Under the pieces are notes generated by a model. That model was not told the DNA's origin. It saw nothing but the letters and a program-made list of their open reading frames with translations, and made no database searches. Source: Octopus bimaculoides (taxonomy: Eukaryota). Taken from it: DNA of 64,000 nt. Positions 1 to 13,419 of the stretch are shown one piece after another (within the stretch, counting starts at the first letter, position 1; every line of letters begins with the position of its first letter). Location: assembly GCF_001194135.2 (NCBI RefSeq), contig NC_068981.1, positions 189,890,052 to 189,954,051 on the forward strand, written 5' to 3'. The position numbers and the translations under genes are program-made.

Positions 1-344
1 TGTTTCTCAAATGGATTATAAACACCTTCCACGCTGCAATTACTTTATTTCATGTTGCCCCATAACACTGCTCAGCTGTAAATGTGTTCCAGTAATAGCT
101 GGGAAGTTGATCCTGAAAAGGGGTGGAGCCCTGTTTAGAAGTGAGTGTTGTAATCTGAATCACCTAATCATATTCGAAACAAGGTTAAATATTGGCCTTT
201 TGGGTCCATGGGATCATGACAGACTTAAGTCTTAGTTAAAAAAAAAGGGACAAAACGAGAGTTCTTTTTTAAAAATCATCTGATGTTATATTAGCTTAGT
301 CTGTAGTAGATTGATATAAAACAGTAAGTCAATCATTTATAACT

Positions 345-670
345 ATCGTGGTGGCATGGAAAAAACGCCTTCTGTATGTTGGGCCTCAAGGAGACAACGA
401 CACACTTGAGAAGAAGACCCATCAAGCCAAGTTAAATCATAGTTGCAGCAGATATTGGTGTCCTGCAAATGGCACCCATGCCGGTGGCACAGAAAAGCAC
501 CCATTTCACTCTAGGAGTGGTTGGTGTTAGGAAGGGCATCCAGCTGAAGAAACCATACCAAATCAGGCTAGAGTCTGGTGCAGCCTCCCAGCTTATCAGC
601 CCTGGTCAAACTGTCCAACCCATGCCAGCATGGACAAGGGACATTAGATGATGATGATGATGATGATGAT
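345..670 (+). mobile_element. RTE LINE 3' UTR fragment with (GAT)n tail (family B)
   Basis: Contains GGAAGGGCATCCAGCTG...GTCCAACCCATGCCAGCATGG then (GAT)n; homologous to the 3' UTR that follows the RTE ORF at 4664-5290. Confidence 0.8.
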
Positions 671-737
671 GTTGACAAGTAGTCTAACACACATTCATAT
701 ATACAGACATACTTATGTAGATACATGCATATGTTCT

Positions 738-890
738 ATGACAGGCTTCTTACAGTTTCCACCTATCAAATCCACTCACAAGCCTTTGGTCTGACTAAGC
801 CTAGACATTTACTCAAAGTGTCATGCATTGGGACTGAACCCAAAACCATGTGGTTGGCAAGTAAATTTCTTAAGTGCCTGGCCACATCTA
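738..890 (-). mobile_element. tRNA-headed SINE family A, 5' part
   Basis: Reverse complement of head GTGGTAAG..CCAACCACATGGTT.GGTTCAGTCCC plus the CTTGGGCAAGTGTCTTCTACTATAGC-type core. Confidence 0.8.
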
Positions 891-1231
891 CACCTATGCA
901 TGTGTGTGTGTGTGTATTTAAATACACACACACACATGCACACACACATACACACATACACACACACACACACCAAAACCCACTCCCCGACCTATAATTC
1001 CTCTAACTATGATTACTTCTCTCTAATTGATTATGCTTTGTTATCATTTCCTCATTGCCTGCCATCAAGCCTAGTATGTGCATGCATACTAATTTTAAAT
1101 TAATTCTCATTATCTCCCTTTCTTCTTTCACCCCCCCCCCGTCTAATCTCTAAATGATGTCAAGAATGACTGAAGTAATCAGCCGACCAAGCCAACCAAC
1201 TACTATTTATATAAGTTTTTAAATTTCTTTA

Positions 1232-1605
1232 TTCTTTCACTTGTTTCAGTCATTTGACAGTGGCCATGCTGGAGCACTGCCTTTAGTTGAACAAATCAAC
1301 CCCAGGCCTTATTCTTTGTAAGCCTAGTACTTATTTTATCGGTCACTTTTGCCGAACTGCTAAATTACAGGGATGTAAACACACCAACATCGGTTGTCAA
1401 GTGATGGTGGGGGGACAGACACACACACACAAACATATACATATATATATACATGTATATATACGCTGGGCTTCTTTCAGTTTCTGTCTACCGAATCCAC
1501 TCACAAGGCTTTGGTCAGCCCGAAAATATAGTAGAAGACACTTGTCCAAGGAGCCACACAGTGGGACTGAACCCCGTATCATGTGGCTGGGAAGCAAGCT
1601 ACTTA

Positions 1606-1646
<41 letters not shown>

Positions 1647-1812
1647 CATATATATGACGGGCTTCTTTCAGTTTCCGTCTACCAAATCCACTCACAAGGC
1701 TTTGGTCGGCCAGAGGCTATAGTAGAAGACACATACCCAAGGTGCCACGCAGTGGGACTGAACCTGGAACCATGTGGTTGGGAAGCAAGCGTCTTACCAC
1801 ACAGCCACTCCT
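1232..1812 (-). mobile_element. SINE family A, full copy (1232-1610) plus a second 5' half (1655-1812)
   Basis: Matches the family consensus (A box TGGCTGTGTGG, B box GGTTCAGTCC, internal (TA)/(TG)n, tail GCTCCAGCATGGCC.CAGTCAAATGACTGAAACAAG). Confidence 0.9.
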
Positions 1813-2275
1813 GTATATGTGCGTGTGTGTCCATGTATGTGCGTGCATATGTGTGTGTGTGGGCCTGTGTGTATGTGCCTCTGTGTGTGCATGCATGCGT
1901 GTGTGTGCGCGCATGTGTATGTGAGTGTGTGTGTGTGTGTGCGTTCACATATGTGTTTTGTTGTTTGAGCTAAAGTGAGTGCGAAAACGATGACACCAAT
2001 AAAGATGATGCGGCGTTTAGTGGTGGTGGTGGTGGAGTGACAATGACAATGTTGATGATGATGATGATAATGATGACAACTACACTGACACTGCCATCAA
2101 CAATGATGATGACAAAAGCAATGTAGGTGGCAGTAGTGGCAATGGAATCCATGACAAGTACAGCTGCACTGAAACCTAGAAACAGAAGTTAGCACCAAGA
2201 ACGAATTTGTTGCCCTGCATGAGACCAGATATTATTCCGCTCCTTATAATGATTTATATTTTATCAGTTTACACA

Positions 2276-2680
2276 GGAGTGGCTGTGTAGTTAGAAACTT
2301 GCTTCCCACCCACATAGTTCAGGGTTCAGTCCCACTGTGTGGCACCTTGAGCAAGTGTCTTATACTATAAGCCTCAGGCCGACCAAAGCCTTGTGAGTAG
2401 ATTTGGTAGGTGGAAACTGTGTGGAAACCTGTCATATATATATATATATATTATATATAGTGTGTGTGTGTGTTTGTTTCGCACCCCACCTCACTGCCTG
2501 ACAACTGGTGTTGTTTTGTTTAAATGCCTGTAACTTAGCAGTTCAGCAAAAGCAACTGATAGAATATGTGCCGGACTTGAAAAAATTTAAGTACTAGGGT
2601 CTCTTTCTTTAACTAAACCCTTTCACAGCAGTGCTCCAGCATGGTTTTAATCCTGTGACTGAAACAAGACGATAAAGATA
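2276..2680 (+). mobile_element. SINE family A, diverged full copy
   Basis: GGAGTGGCTGTGTAG head through GACTGAAACAAG tail. Confidence 0.85.
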
Positions 2681-3671
2681 TATTTACATTTTTATTTTAC
2701 TTGTTCCTACTCTGTTGCTATCGTTGTTTAGCCCTATGTCCTACTTATGATCATTCCTATGATCAATCTGATGATCAAAAATATTCCAGTCTTGATTTTC
2801 CAGTAACTTCTTCAGGCATTGTATATCCAGGATATACATTATCCAATGTGTTCTTCCTCTCCTAAAGGAAAACTTGCCACTGTTTTTAGCCAATCAACTA
2901 ATCCTGTAGAGTTTCTCTGATTTGTCACTTTATGCATGAAGGAATTCGATTTCTATATTTTTGAGATAACAGTTTCCATTTTTATTAAGGTAAATCTCCT
3001 ATATCCCATTTATTCTTAGAGCATATTGACCTATATTTTCTTTGGAGAGAGACTTATTCTATTAATCTCACAGATTACTGAATAAGAAATGGTTCAGCTA
3101 AAGATTTTCATCCGTATAGAAATCTTAATTCTCCAGTGACCAAGCTAATTTTAGTTTTCTAATTCTTAAGAAATATTTTCGAATCAGTTTTGACATTTTT
3201 GACCTTAGATTAACTTCATGCACCATATTTTTATGATGAACAAATCATGAAATTCAATACAGTGATGAGAGATTAAAATGATGTCACATGAGATTATTAA
3301 TTTTTGATAACTAGAAATATTGATGATCGTTAAAAATATTATCCACTTCTGGAACACGGTAGCTAACATTAGTGTTCATTGATTCAATGAATCTCTGTGT
3401 CTCTGCCTGATAAAAAGATTTACGACAATGGCAAAAAGTAATAAGTACTAAGTATATTGACTACTAACAAGAAATGGTTTGTTAAGTGTTTGTAAAATTG
3501 ACTAATAGAGGAGCTGTCGATAGATGATGATTCAACAATGGAGTTATCAACAGATGTATTTGTTGCCTCTCGTGCAAAGTATCGGTTCTTCTTTTGTAAT
3601 GTCAAGTGAAAGCAACCAAAATGGAAATTCCGAGTAAAGTTCAGTGGGAGAAGCATTGAGAAAGGGTTTAC

Positions 3672-4068
3672 TCTTTTACTCTTTTACTTGTTTCAGTTAT
3701 TTGACTGTGGCCATGCTGGAGCACCGCCTTTAGTCGAGCAAATTGATCCCAGGACATATTCTTTCTTAGCCTAGTACTTATTCTATCAGTCTCTTTTGCT
3801 GAACCGCTAGCGTTATGGGGATGTAAACACACCAGCATCGGTTGTCAAGTGATGTCGGGGGGACAAACACAGACACATAAACATATACACACACATAAAT
3901 ATATATACATGACAGGCTTCTTTCAGTTTCCATCTACCAAATCCACTCACAAGATTTTGGTTGGCCCGAGGCTATAGTAGAAGACACTTGCCCAAGATGC
4001 CACGCAGTGAGACTGAACCCAAAACCATGTGGTTGGTAAGCAAGCTACTTACCACACAGCCACTCCAG
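3672..4068 (-). mobile_element. SINE family A, full copy
   Basis: Near-consensus head, core, microsatellite and tail. Confidence 0.9.
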
Positions 4069-4177
4069 AAAATTTTTTGTGTGTCACTTGTATACTGACA
4101 GGATTGAAAACATTTTGCATTCTCATACTGTTAATACAATAATGAATGAATGATCATTGATTCAACATGAAATATTA

Positions 4178-4663
<486 letters not shown>

Positions 4664-5239
4664 CTTTTAGAGAGACGAATGCTCTGGTATGGTCATGTGT
4701 TATGTATGGATGAGGACAGCTGTGTGAAAAAGTGTCACACCTTAGCAGTAGAGGGAACCTGTGGAAGAGGTAGACCCAGGAAGACCTGGGATGAGGTGGT
4801 GAAGCATGACCTTTGAATGTTGGGTCTCATGGAGGCAATGACAAGTGACCAGGACCTTTAGAGATATGCTGTGCTTGAGAAGACCCAGCAAGCCAAGTGA
4901 GACTATAACTGTAGCCTATGCCAGTGCAGCATAACCAGCCCATTTAAGAGTACCCTTCAATCATTGGGCAATAAACTGTGCGTGTGAAGACCTGTTGAGT
5001 CAAGTGAAAACGTTGTCGTGGCTGATGCCAGTGCCACCTGACTGGTCCCATGCCGGTGGAACATAAAAAGCACCCACTACACTCTCGGAATGGTTGGCAT
5101 TTAGGAAGGGCATCCAACTTTAGAAACCTTACCAGACCAGATTGGAGCCTGGTACAGCCTTCTGGCTTGCCAGCCCTCAGTCAAACTGTCCAACCTATGC
5201 CAGCATGGAAAGTGGATATTAAACAACAACGACGACGAC

Positions 5240-5290
<51 letters not shown>
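4664..5290 (+). mobile_element. RTE-clade LINE 3' end (ORF2 C-terminus + 3' UTR + (GAT)n tail)
   Basis: RRMLWYGHVLCMDEDSCVKKC...GRGRPRKTWDEVVKHDL is a typical RTE C-terminus; interrupted by stops; followed by the family B tail. Confidence 0.9.
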
Positions 5291-5291
<1 letters not shown>

Positions 5292-6065
5292 ATATTTGTA
5301 CATCAATCAAATCAGATAATTCCAATAATGGAAAAAAATAATATTTCAAATCAGTCCAAAAATGTTTTTATGTTTGTTTGTGTTGGTGATGAAGCTTCTC
5401 AGGAGAATGTCCAAAGCATTTCCACTGCCTGCCAAAAATGTTAGGGGGTGCACTCACATCCTATGCAACCCCTGTTCATAAGTCTATGTACATAAAATGT
5501 TTCGATGCTGCAAGTTTCATTAAATATTTCGATGACTGTTCACTGCTAGAATAACCATTGAATGTCTCCCGTTTAATGATTACTGCATGTATTGTAGAAT
5601 AGCAAATACATACAAGTTTTGCATAATGATTTATGATTGTAAACTGCTGATAATGTTCTTAAAGGCTTCCTCAATTGTTGAACTACTACACTTTATAGAA
5701 TACCTAATTGATCGTTGTCTAATACACAGATTTAGAAGGCTTCATGAATTGCAGGTAGCTGAAAGTTATTGCTGAATACCAAATGGATTGATAGCTAATA
5801 CACATATTACTGAAGGTCTTATGAATTGTGAACAACTACATATAACATTGAATCATTCTCCAAATCTTGACTGCTAAAAGCTATTGTCGAATATCTAAAG
5901 GATTGTTGGTTAATACACTTGTTGTTGAATGCTTTATGACTTGTGAACTAATAAAAAGGAGTGTTGTTGAATGCTTTACGAATTGTGGAGATGCTGAAAG
6001 TATTGTTGCATGTTATATCCATTGCAGAAAACTACACATTTTATTGAATGATTCATGAATTATTG

Positions 6066-6291
6066 TAGTAAAGATTTTTGCCAACATAACATGGTAGTCC
6101 TGGTTTAGGACTAATGTTGCTGTAATTTAGCCCCAGGAGACATCGTCTCCAGCTGGCTATACCACATGATCTGTGTCCTTATATTTTTGTGTCGTATAGC
6201 CAGCTGGAGACGATGTCTCCTGGGGCTAAATTACAGCAACATTCGTCTTAAACCAGGACTACCATGTTATGTTGGCAAACAATCTTTACTA
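6066..6291. repeat. Fold-back element, ~97-bp arms, 31-nt spacer (MITE-like)
   Basis: 6066-6162 is the reverse complement of 6194-6291 with 2 substitutions and 1 indel; both outer ends are TA. Confidence 0.9.
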
Positions 6292-6414
6292 CGAAGTACT
6301 GTTGCTGAATATCTTTCGTTGTGACATTTACAAATAGTAATTTTCTAACCTAATAGATTGTTGACCAAATACATATTATTGAACAGGTGGTGCCTCACTG
6401 GCTACTATTTACTA

Positions 6415-6738
6415 CTGGCACCCCACTGGTTACAAGGATGAGGATCCCGGTCAATGCAGTGAATAGAACAGCCAGTTCATGAAATTAATGTGCAAGTGGC
6501 TGAGTACTCCACAGGCACATTGACACTTAATGTAGTTCTCAAGGATATTCAGCATGACACACAATGTGATAAAGCTGACTCTTTGAATTACAGGTACTAC
6601 TCATTTTCTGAAGGTGAGTGGACAAGAGGAACATGAAATGAAATTCCTTGCTCAAGGGCACAATGTGCTACTAGTAATTGAACTCACAACCTTACAATTG
6701 TGAGATGAACACCCTAATGAAGAAGCCAAATGCCTTCA
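6415..6738 (-). mobile_element. tRNA-headed SINE family F, diverged
   Basis: Head GAAGGCA..TGGC..TTAGGGTGTT...GAGTTCAAT, central CCTTGAGCAAG domain, tail shared with 21345-21520 and 56322-56590. Confidence 0.65.
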
Positions 6739-7459
6739 CCATGGGCCTATATTTTGACAACTATTGTTGAATAGCTTATTGTGAAAAACTGCCTTTTGTT
6801 GAATGCTTCATGAATTGTTAATATGTATTATTGAATGCCTTCTGGACTGTTAATGACAACAATAAGCAGTGTTGAATGCCTCATGAACTGTTTATGACTA
6901 TATGCACATTCAAAGGCTCCATAAATTGTTGACTACCATGCATATTGTTGACTGCTACGAACATTGCTAATCACTAAACATCAGAACTGATTGCCATTCA
7001 AATTACAAATGTTGACTGTTTACAACGATGAAATTTGTTTCTTTCTGATGGAATTCAAATTCAATGACTTCTAAAGTTTGAACACCTCCAAGTTTTAATG
7101 AATATCTGTCAGTGCCAGGAATATATATCAATTTCAAAGTCTGTGATTTCCTTTGCCAAGTAACATACAACCTTCATTATAATTGATGTTAATGGCTCTT
7201 ACAAACCATTCCCCAATAATTATCTAATTTAGATGATTAAGTAATTCTATTTCTGTAAGGTTTGATGTCTGTAAATAATTGTGATGTAATCCTTTCTTCT
7301 CTTGCCTCAGTCTCCATTTACTGTTGATCCTTCACACTCAGATCTTCACTCTTGTGTTCAAAGTGAATTCTGCATTAAAACTACAAAAGATTTTTAGATG
7401 AATTATGGGGCATAACATTTCTGTTATTTAATTTTTGCATGTCCAGAATATCAAGCTTA

Positions 7460-7966
7460 ATATGATGATGATAATGATAATAACAACAATAATAATAATA
7501 ATAATAACAATAATAATTAATAATAATAATAATAACAATAATAATAACAATAATAATTAATAATAATAATAACAATAATAATTAATAATAATAATAACAA
7601 TATTAATTAATAATAATAATAAGAAGAAGAAGAATAACAACGATAATAATTAATAATAATAATAACAATATTAATTAGTAATAATAATAATAATACTAAT
7701 AGTAATAATAATAATAACAACAACTACAACAATAATAATTAATAATAATAATAATAATAACAACAATAGTAATTAATAATAATAATGATAATAACAACAA
7801 TAGTAATTAATAATAATAATGATAATAACGACAATAACAACAAGGATAATAATTAATATTAATAATAATAATAATAATGATAATAATAATTAATTATAAT
7901 AATAATAATAATAACAATAATGATAATTAATAATAATTAATAATGATAATAAGGATAATAATTAAT

Positions 7967-8001
<35 letters not shown>

Positions 8002-8175
8002 TAATAATAATAATAATAATGAATAATAATTAATAATGATAATAATGATAATAATTAATAATAATAATAGTAATAATAATAATTAATAATAATAATAATG
8101 ATTAATAAGAAGAGTGTGATGCAATTTGCTCATTTACCTTGCCTTCATGAATTGTTATGTCAATCTTCATAATTC

Positions 8176-8231
<56 letters not shown>

Positions 8232-8240
8232 TAATGATTT
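7460..8240. repeat. (TAA)n / (AAC)n low-complexity array
   Basis: Seen directly. Confidence 0.95.
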
Positions 8241-8249
8241 CAAATTTAG

Positions 8250-8425
8250 GGAAGTGGAAATCAATTACATCAGTTCTTGACCGGCTCTTATTTTATCAAC
8301 CACCCCAAAAGGATGAAAGGCAAGGTCGACGTCAGTGGAATCTGAACTCAGAACATACAAACGGACAACAATGCTCCTAAGCATTTTGCCCAGCAAACTA
8401 GCGATTCTGCTAGCTCACTGCTTTT
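8250..8425 (-). mobile_element. SINE family C, diverged
   Basis: Reverse complement of GAGCTGGCAGAATCGTTAG...TCTGAGTTCAAATTCC...CTTTGCCTTTCATCCTTT.GGGG.TGATAAA. Confidence 0.75.
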
Positions 8426-8426
8426 A

Positions 8427-8940
8427 TGATTCAGTGCGACCATGAGATAGAAAATAGGAAACCGGACATAGTCTTAATTGAGAAAGAAAACAAACTATGC
8501 TGGATCATAGATATAGCATGCCCAGCTGACAAGAAGTTATGAGATAAGGAAGAAAGAAAAGTCGAGAGATATGACAAGTTAGCTTGGGAGGTAAAGCAGT
8601 TGTGGTCGATAAAAAAGGTAGCAGTAGTACCAATAATTGTCGGAGCCCTAGGAACACTAAGCAAAAATCTTGAGAAGTATGTGGAACAAGTAGGGGCTGC
8701 AATAAGGGTGGAGCACTTGCAGAAAACAGCTCTGCTTGGAACCGCTCAAATAGTCCGGAAGGTGCTCGAAAAATAAGAGGTGTTANNNNNNNNNNAACCG
8801 CTCAAATAGTCCGGAAGGTGCTCGAAAAATAAGAGGTGTTACCTTAGTTCACTGGTAGTGAACAGCTGACACCATAGTACATCTCCAGCACTAGAAGCTG
8901 TACAAAGGCAAAGATAATAATAATAATAATAATAATAATG

Positions 8941-8976
<36 letters not shown>

Positions 8977-8988
8977 GTAATAATAATG

Positions 8989-9020
<32 letters not shown>
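8427..9020 (+). mobile_element. R4/Dong-like non-LTR retrotransposon 3' end (restriction-like endonuclease domain) with (TAA)n tail
   Basis: 8429-8776 translates IQCDHEIENRKPDIVLIEKENKLCWIIDIACPAD...KVERYDKLAWEVKQLW...VVPIIVGALG...LQKTALLGTAQIVRKVL* (RPD...D..P RLE motif, one internal stop). 8796-8839 repeats 8740-8785 across a 10-N gap (assembly overlap). Confidence 0.85.
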
Positions 9021-9022
<2 letters not shown>

Positions 9023-9100
9023 GCAATATGAAGAGTGATGTGATCTGCATATTTACCTTTGTGAAGAATGATGTCAATCTTCATAGATTAATAGTAATAA

Positions 9101-9174
<74 letters not shown>

Positions 9175-10442
9175 ACAATAACAACCCTACTAATTACAAT
9201 CTTTTCTAATTATTTTTTTCTGTATTAGCCATAAATGCTTTAAGAGTTACAAAGAAAGAATAATATGGAGTATGAAAAAAAGAAAACACATTTATAAAAA
9301 TGTAAAGGGAGCAGGTAAACACACGTATTTGCATCGCAATAATAATAATAATAATTACAACAAGGTATACAATAATTAAAACAAGATATAATTTTAAGAA
9401 AATAAAACATGAAAGATTTTTTTGGGCTCTGTTGAACTGGATACTCCATAACCTCAATCCCTTAAACACTTCTCAAATTGAGCTCAAGTTCAACTAAATG
9501 CATCATTAAGTATTTCTTTATGCATTTGATGTTGAAAACCATTAAAATCTTAAGGGCATTCTCTTATAAATTCCATACACCGTCTTAGTTTTAATTTCAG
9601 GAGCAGTTTATACTTTGCCTGTTTTTTTATATTTTGAAACTGTTTATATATCATTCTAAATTCTCATAGTTCATAACACCAGAGTTGTTGTATAATTTTC
9701 TGTATGGAGAACCTTGAATCTTCATTCATCTTCGTCTTTGTATTATTCTTGTTATTTTCTTAAGGAAGGGCTTCACTGTTGTTCAGAAGAAACTTGTTCC
9801 TCTGCACTTGTTTACATTATTGTATTTTACATTATTTCCCATTTCGTGTGATTTTTATCTGTAATTATTATCATTCCACAATGCAAGTGTAGAATAAAAA
9901 AGCCATACTATTCAGAAATTAAATACTTTTTTTTTATTATCTATTTGTGATATTAGACCTAAAAACATTTCCCTTCCAATATCAAGAGTCATGGTAGGCA
10001 ATGTTCTGAAAAACGGGGTTTGTTGTTGTTTTTATTGTTGTTGATGTTTCTTAATTTTTCTTGACTTGTTTTTGCTTCATTTTCTCAGTTCTTGAAGACA
10101 TTCAGTTATAAGACATGTTTTATTCTGACAAATATACCAAATATGTTTTCTACCCTCTAGCATCAATCACATGCGTTTTGTCTCAATCCCTTCAATATCA
10201 CTCTATCCTTTTTTTGTCACTGAATCATATTGCAGTTGGGCACAGTTTCAATACAGTTCAGTGACCTTTGGGTTTTGGGTTTTATTAGGGCTTACAAGTC
10301 CAATTTGACATCTCCATACCATAGATTACCTTTCGTTAATCCTGCTTTGATAACTCTCCTTCACTGTAACACAAATGTTACTTCTAACCATAAGACCACA
10401 TCATATTCAATGACATTTTTCCATTTCTTTGATATATAATCT

Positions 10443-10830
10443 CTTTTACTTGTTTCACTCATTTGACTGTGGCCGTGCTGGAGCACTTCTTTAAAGGGTT
10501 ATTTAGTTGAAGAAATTGACCCCAGGACCTTGGTCCCTTTTGCTGAACCATTAATTTATGGGGATATAAACACACCAACATCAGCTGTCAAGTGATGGTG
10601 GGATGACAAACACAGACACAAAGGCACACACATAAATATATACATATATATAGATATATATATACCATGGGCTTCTTTCAGTTTCCATCAACCAAATTCA
10701 CTCACAAGGAAGGATCTGGTCGGCCCAAGGCTATCATAGAAGAGATTTGTCCAAGGTGCTATGCAGTGGGATTGAACCCAGAACTATGTGGTTGAGAAGC
10801 AAGCTTTTTACGACATGGCCATGCCTGCAC
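10443..10830 (-). mobile_element. SINE family A, diverged
   Basis: Tail, microsatellite, core and head all recognisable. Confidence 0.85.
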
Positions 10831-11164
10831 CTACTGGAGTACAACATTTTTGTTAGAGGTGTGTCTAAGAGTTTCGCTCCGTGTTTTGGCTGCATTTTCA
10901 GTTTTAAAGGTATAAAAGATAGTACCATAGATTTTGCCCTTTTCAACTTCGGTAATTTCTTCAAGTATGTCCTTGGGGGCTTGTTGTGGTACTGGAGTTG
11001 ATCCAACTGACTGACACTGGAAGATTTTAGGATTCTTCTTTGGAACTTGCTTCCAGCTTCAAGATCAAATGATGGTGTGAAAGCTTGTAATACTCTGAGT
11101 TGCTGCTTCACACAGAAATATTGCAAAGAACAGTGATATCCAGATATTATTATATTTCAAAGAT

Positions 11165-12040
11165 GTAATTTTGATAACTTTGATAGGTTTCGGCCAGAAT
11201 AGGCCCAGGCCATGTCTAACTTAGTAGCGCCACCTGGTGAAGTCTTTTAGTCATATATGGGGCACCATGGCCCACTCTAACAAAGAGTTATTATTGTTGG
11301 AGACATATCCAGGTGTAGGAGGTTGGTCTGGGATTCTTTGAAGAAATTTTTCCTGTGAACATTTGAATTTTATGAGATCCGTTTCCGTTTTGACATATTT
11401 TGCTTTGGTATTAAAGAGAGCTGAACCGGTTGAGATAAAGTAATTGTGACATAATGTTGCTATGTGTCCTGAATGCCAAGTCTTGAATGGATTTTAAAAT
11501 TGATGCCAACATCATTTGTGCAATATTGATGGAATATTTTCCACATCACACAAATGATGTAGCGCTCCCAGTGGCATTGGAGAGAGTAGAGATTGAGTTT
11601 TTTTAGTTGATCCTAGTAGTCAATGCCTGTCATGCCATCTATCTTTCTTGTTATTGACCTCTGGAGTGCTTCCACTTTTATAATGAGTTGCTTCGTATGG
11701 GGGGGGGGCACAGTGGGCAACAATATTCAAGGTGGGGTCGGATGAAAGTAGAGGACAGAAGGATGATGGTGTAGACATCTGTAGATTGGAAAGTTCTCAG
11801 AATCCAGGAGCACATCTTGCGGGCCAAGTCAACCTTGCTATTTATGGGGGAACTCCAGCTTAGATTGTTATCAACAATTACTCCAAGGTCTCTGGTATTG
11901 TTGGATGACACTAAGGGGTCATTTGAAGGAAGGTCACATGGTAGTTTCATAGTATCCACTTTTCCAAAGTGGATCAAATCAAACTTATCTTCATATAATG
12001 TTAGAAGAATGCTATATAACATCCCATAGTTACTCGAGTA
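11165..12040 (-). mobile_element. CR1-clade LINE 3' fragment (post-RT ORF2, 3' UTR)
   Basis: RDLGVIVDNNLSW...RPHLEYCCP...LKKLNLYSLQ..ERYII..WKIF...DKFLQRIPDQPPTPGYVSNNNNSLLEW across frameshifts. Confidence 0.85.
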
Positions 12041-12624
12041 TTTGGTGCATTGGTTATCTCCACCACCACCACCACCACCACCGCTACCAACATATTTGAT
12101 GGAAGATGCTTACAGTTCTGATTGTTACTCATGCATCACAATAAATTTCATTATCTTTACTTAAATGGTTCCCATCAATCCAACCATTCCTTATCCTTTA
12201 CAATTGACCTAAATTAAAATCTCAATATTCCTTCAAAAAGAGAAGTCTTTGATAAAAAGTATCATTCATTTATTTTTTTCTGCTCTGTTAACTTTGGAAC
12301 AGTACATTGATTGCAATAGACATAATTCTTCAAAAAATTATTTGCTTCACAAATTATGTGGTTCAAACATACCAAATAAACACGAAATGAAATTCTATTA
12401 CTGCTTATATTTCAGACCATCTACATTGATTATAAACATTTATAATTGCTTATGATATGCAGAACAACTGGTGGAGAATTATATTTTTCATATGTAACTT
12501 TAAGCCTCAATATTTTATTTCCAAATTTTGCACCTTGACACATCTTCACCATCATACACTTTCTTTTCCAGCTGGTGTCACTATATATCTTTCCCAAAAG
12601 CAAAGCACCTATTGTTGTCATTCT

Positions 12625-12858
12625 TATTTCTTTATTACCCACAAGGGGCCAAACATGGAGGAGACAAACAAGGACAGACAAAGGGATTAAGTCGATTACA
12701 TCGACCCCAGTGCGTAACTGGTACTTAATTTATCGACTCCGAAAGGATGAAAGGCAAAGTCGACCTCGGCGGAATTTGAACTCAGAACGTAACGGCAGAC
12801 GAAATACCGCTAAGTATTTTGCCCAGCATGCTAACGTTTCTGCCAGCTCGCCGCCTAA
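12625..12858 (-). mobile_element. SINE family C, near-intact
   Basis: GGCGGCGAGCTGGCAGAAACGTTAGC...GAGTTCAAATTCCGCCGAGGTCGACTTTGCCTTTCATCCTTTCGG.GTCGATAAATTAAGTACCAG. The central part resembles a Nin/Deu-type domain (from memory). Confidence 0.85.
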
Positions 12859-13124
12859 TCGTTGTCGTTCTACCATGCTTCTACCTCTCATCGCCTTGCA
12901 TAAAACCACCTCTCTCAACCTTCAGTTGAGGGTGTCTTCACTAGCACAGCTAGAGTGTGAGCTGCCCGGGGTGGCCCTTCCGTTTGCTACCACTGGACCC
13001 CACAAGAAATACATATTGCCTACAGCAGTCCCAAAAGTAGTGCCCCTTTAAAAATGCCGCCTAGGGGTGGACCACCCCTACCGCCCACCTGCCCTTAGCT
13101 ACCCTAGTGGGTGCCTTGTCTTGG

Positions 13125-13340
13125 GAGTTACTCGGTGACCTCATTTGTGCCAATACTATGCAAAAAGCACTTCGTAAAGCGGTCAACTTTAGGAAGGACA
13201 CCCACGTGAGAAACTAGGCAAGAAAAAATAGACATTGGCACTTGGAGCAGGCTTCTGGCTTGTCAAAACCTGTTGAGCCATCTCACCCATGCCAGCATGG
13301 AAAACAGATGTTGAATAATGATGATGATGATGATGATGAG
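13125..13340 (+). mobile_element. RTE 3' tail (family B), diverged
   Basis: CCCATGCCAGCATGGAAAACAGATGTT followed by (GAT)n. Confidence 0.7.
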
Positions 13341-13419
13341 TGAGATTGATTCAATAAGCTAAACTCAGTCATCCAAACACAAACGCAGCATCTTGTGCTG
13401 TGTCCAACAAAATCAATTA

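Larger units (their letters stand above)
5560..7010. repeat. Decayed ~38-39 bp tandem repeat (approx. TATTGTTGAATGCTTCATGAATTGTTGACTACTACA)
   Basis: More than 15 recognisable units, e.g. TGTTGTTGAATGCTTTATGACTTGTG and TTGTTGAATGCTTCATGAATTGTT; interrupted by the hairpin at 6066 and a SINE at 6415. Confidence 0.6.

Noticed and set aside
5560-7010. CRISPR-like array
   Set aside because: Units are contiguous and diverged with no unique spacers; eukaryotic context.
8740-8839. 44-bp direct repeat around a 10-N gap
   Set aside because: Unmerged contig overlap.
10815-11140. Minus-strand ORF MQYFCVKQ... and similar A-rich segments (9500-10130, 30150-30440, 34000-34200, 35420-35690, 49370-49600, 63020-63400)
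   Set aside because: K/N/E-rich appearance follows from strand base skew; frames are broken and no motif was identified.
12940-13112. GC-rich segment resembling a Harbinger/hAT MITE end
   Set aside because: No matching second terminus or target duplication found.
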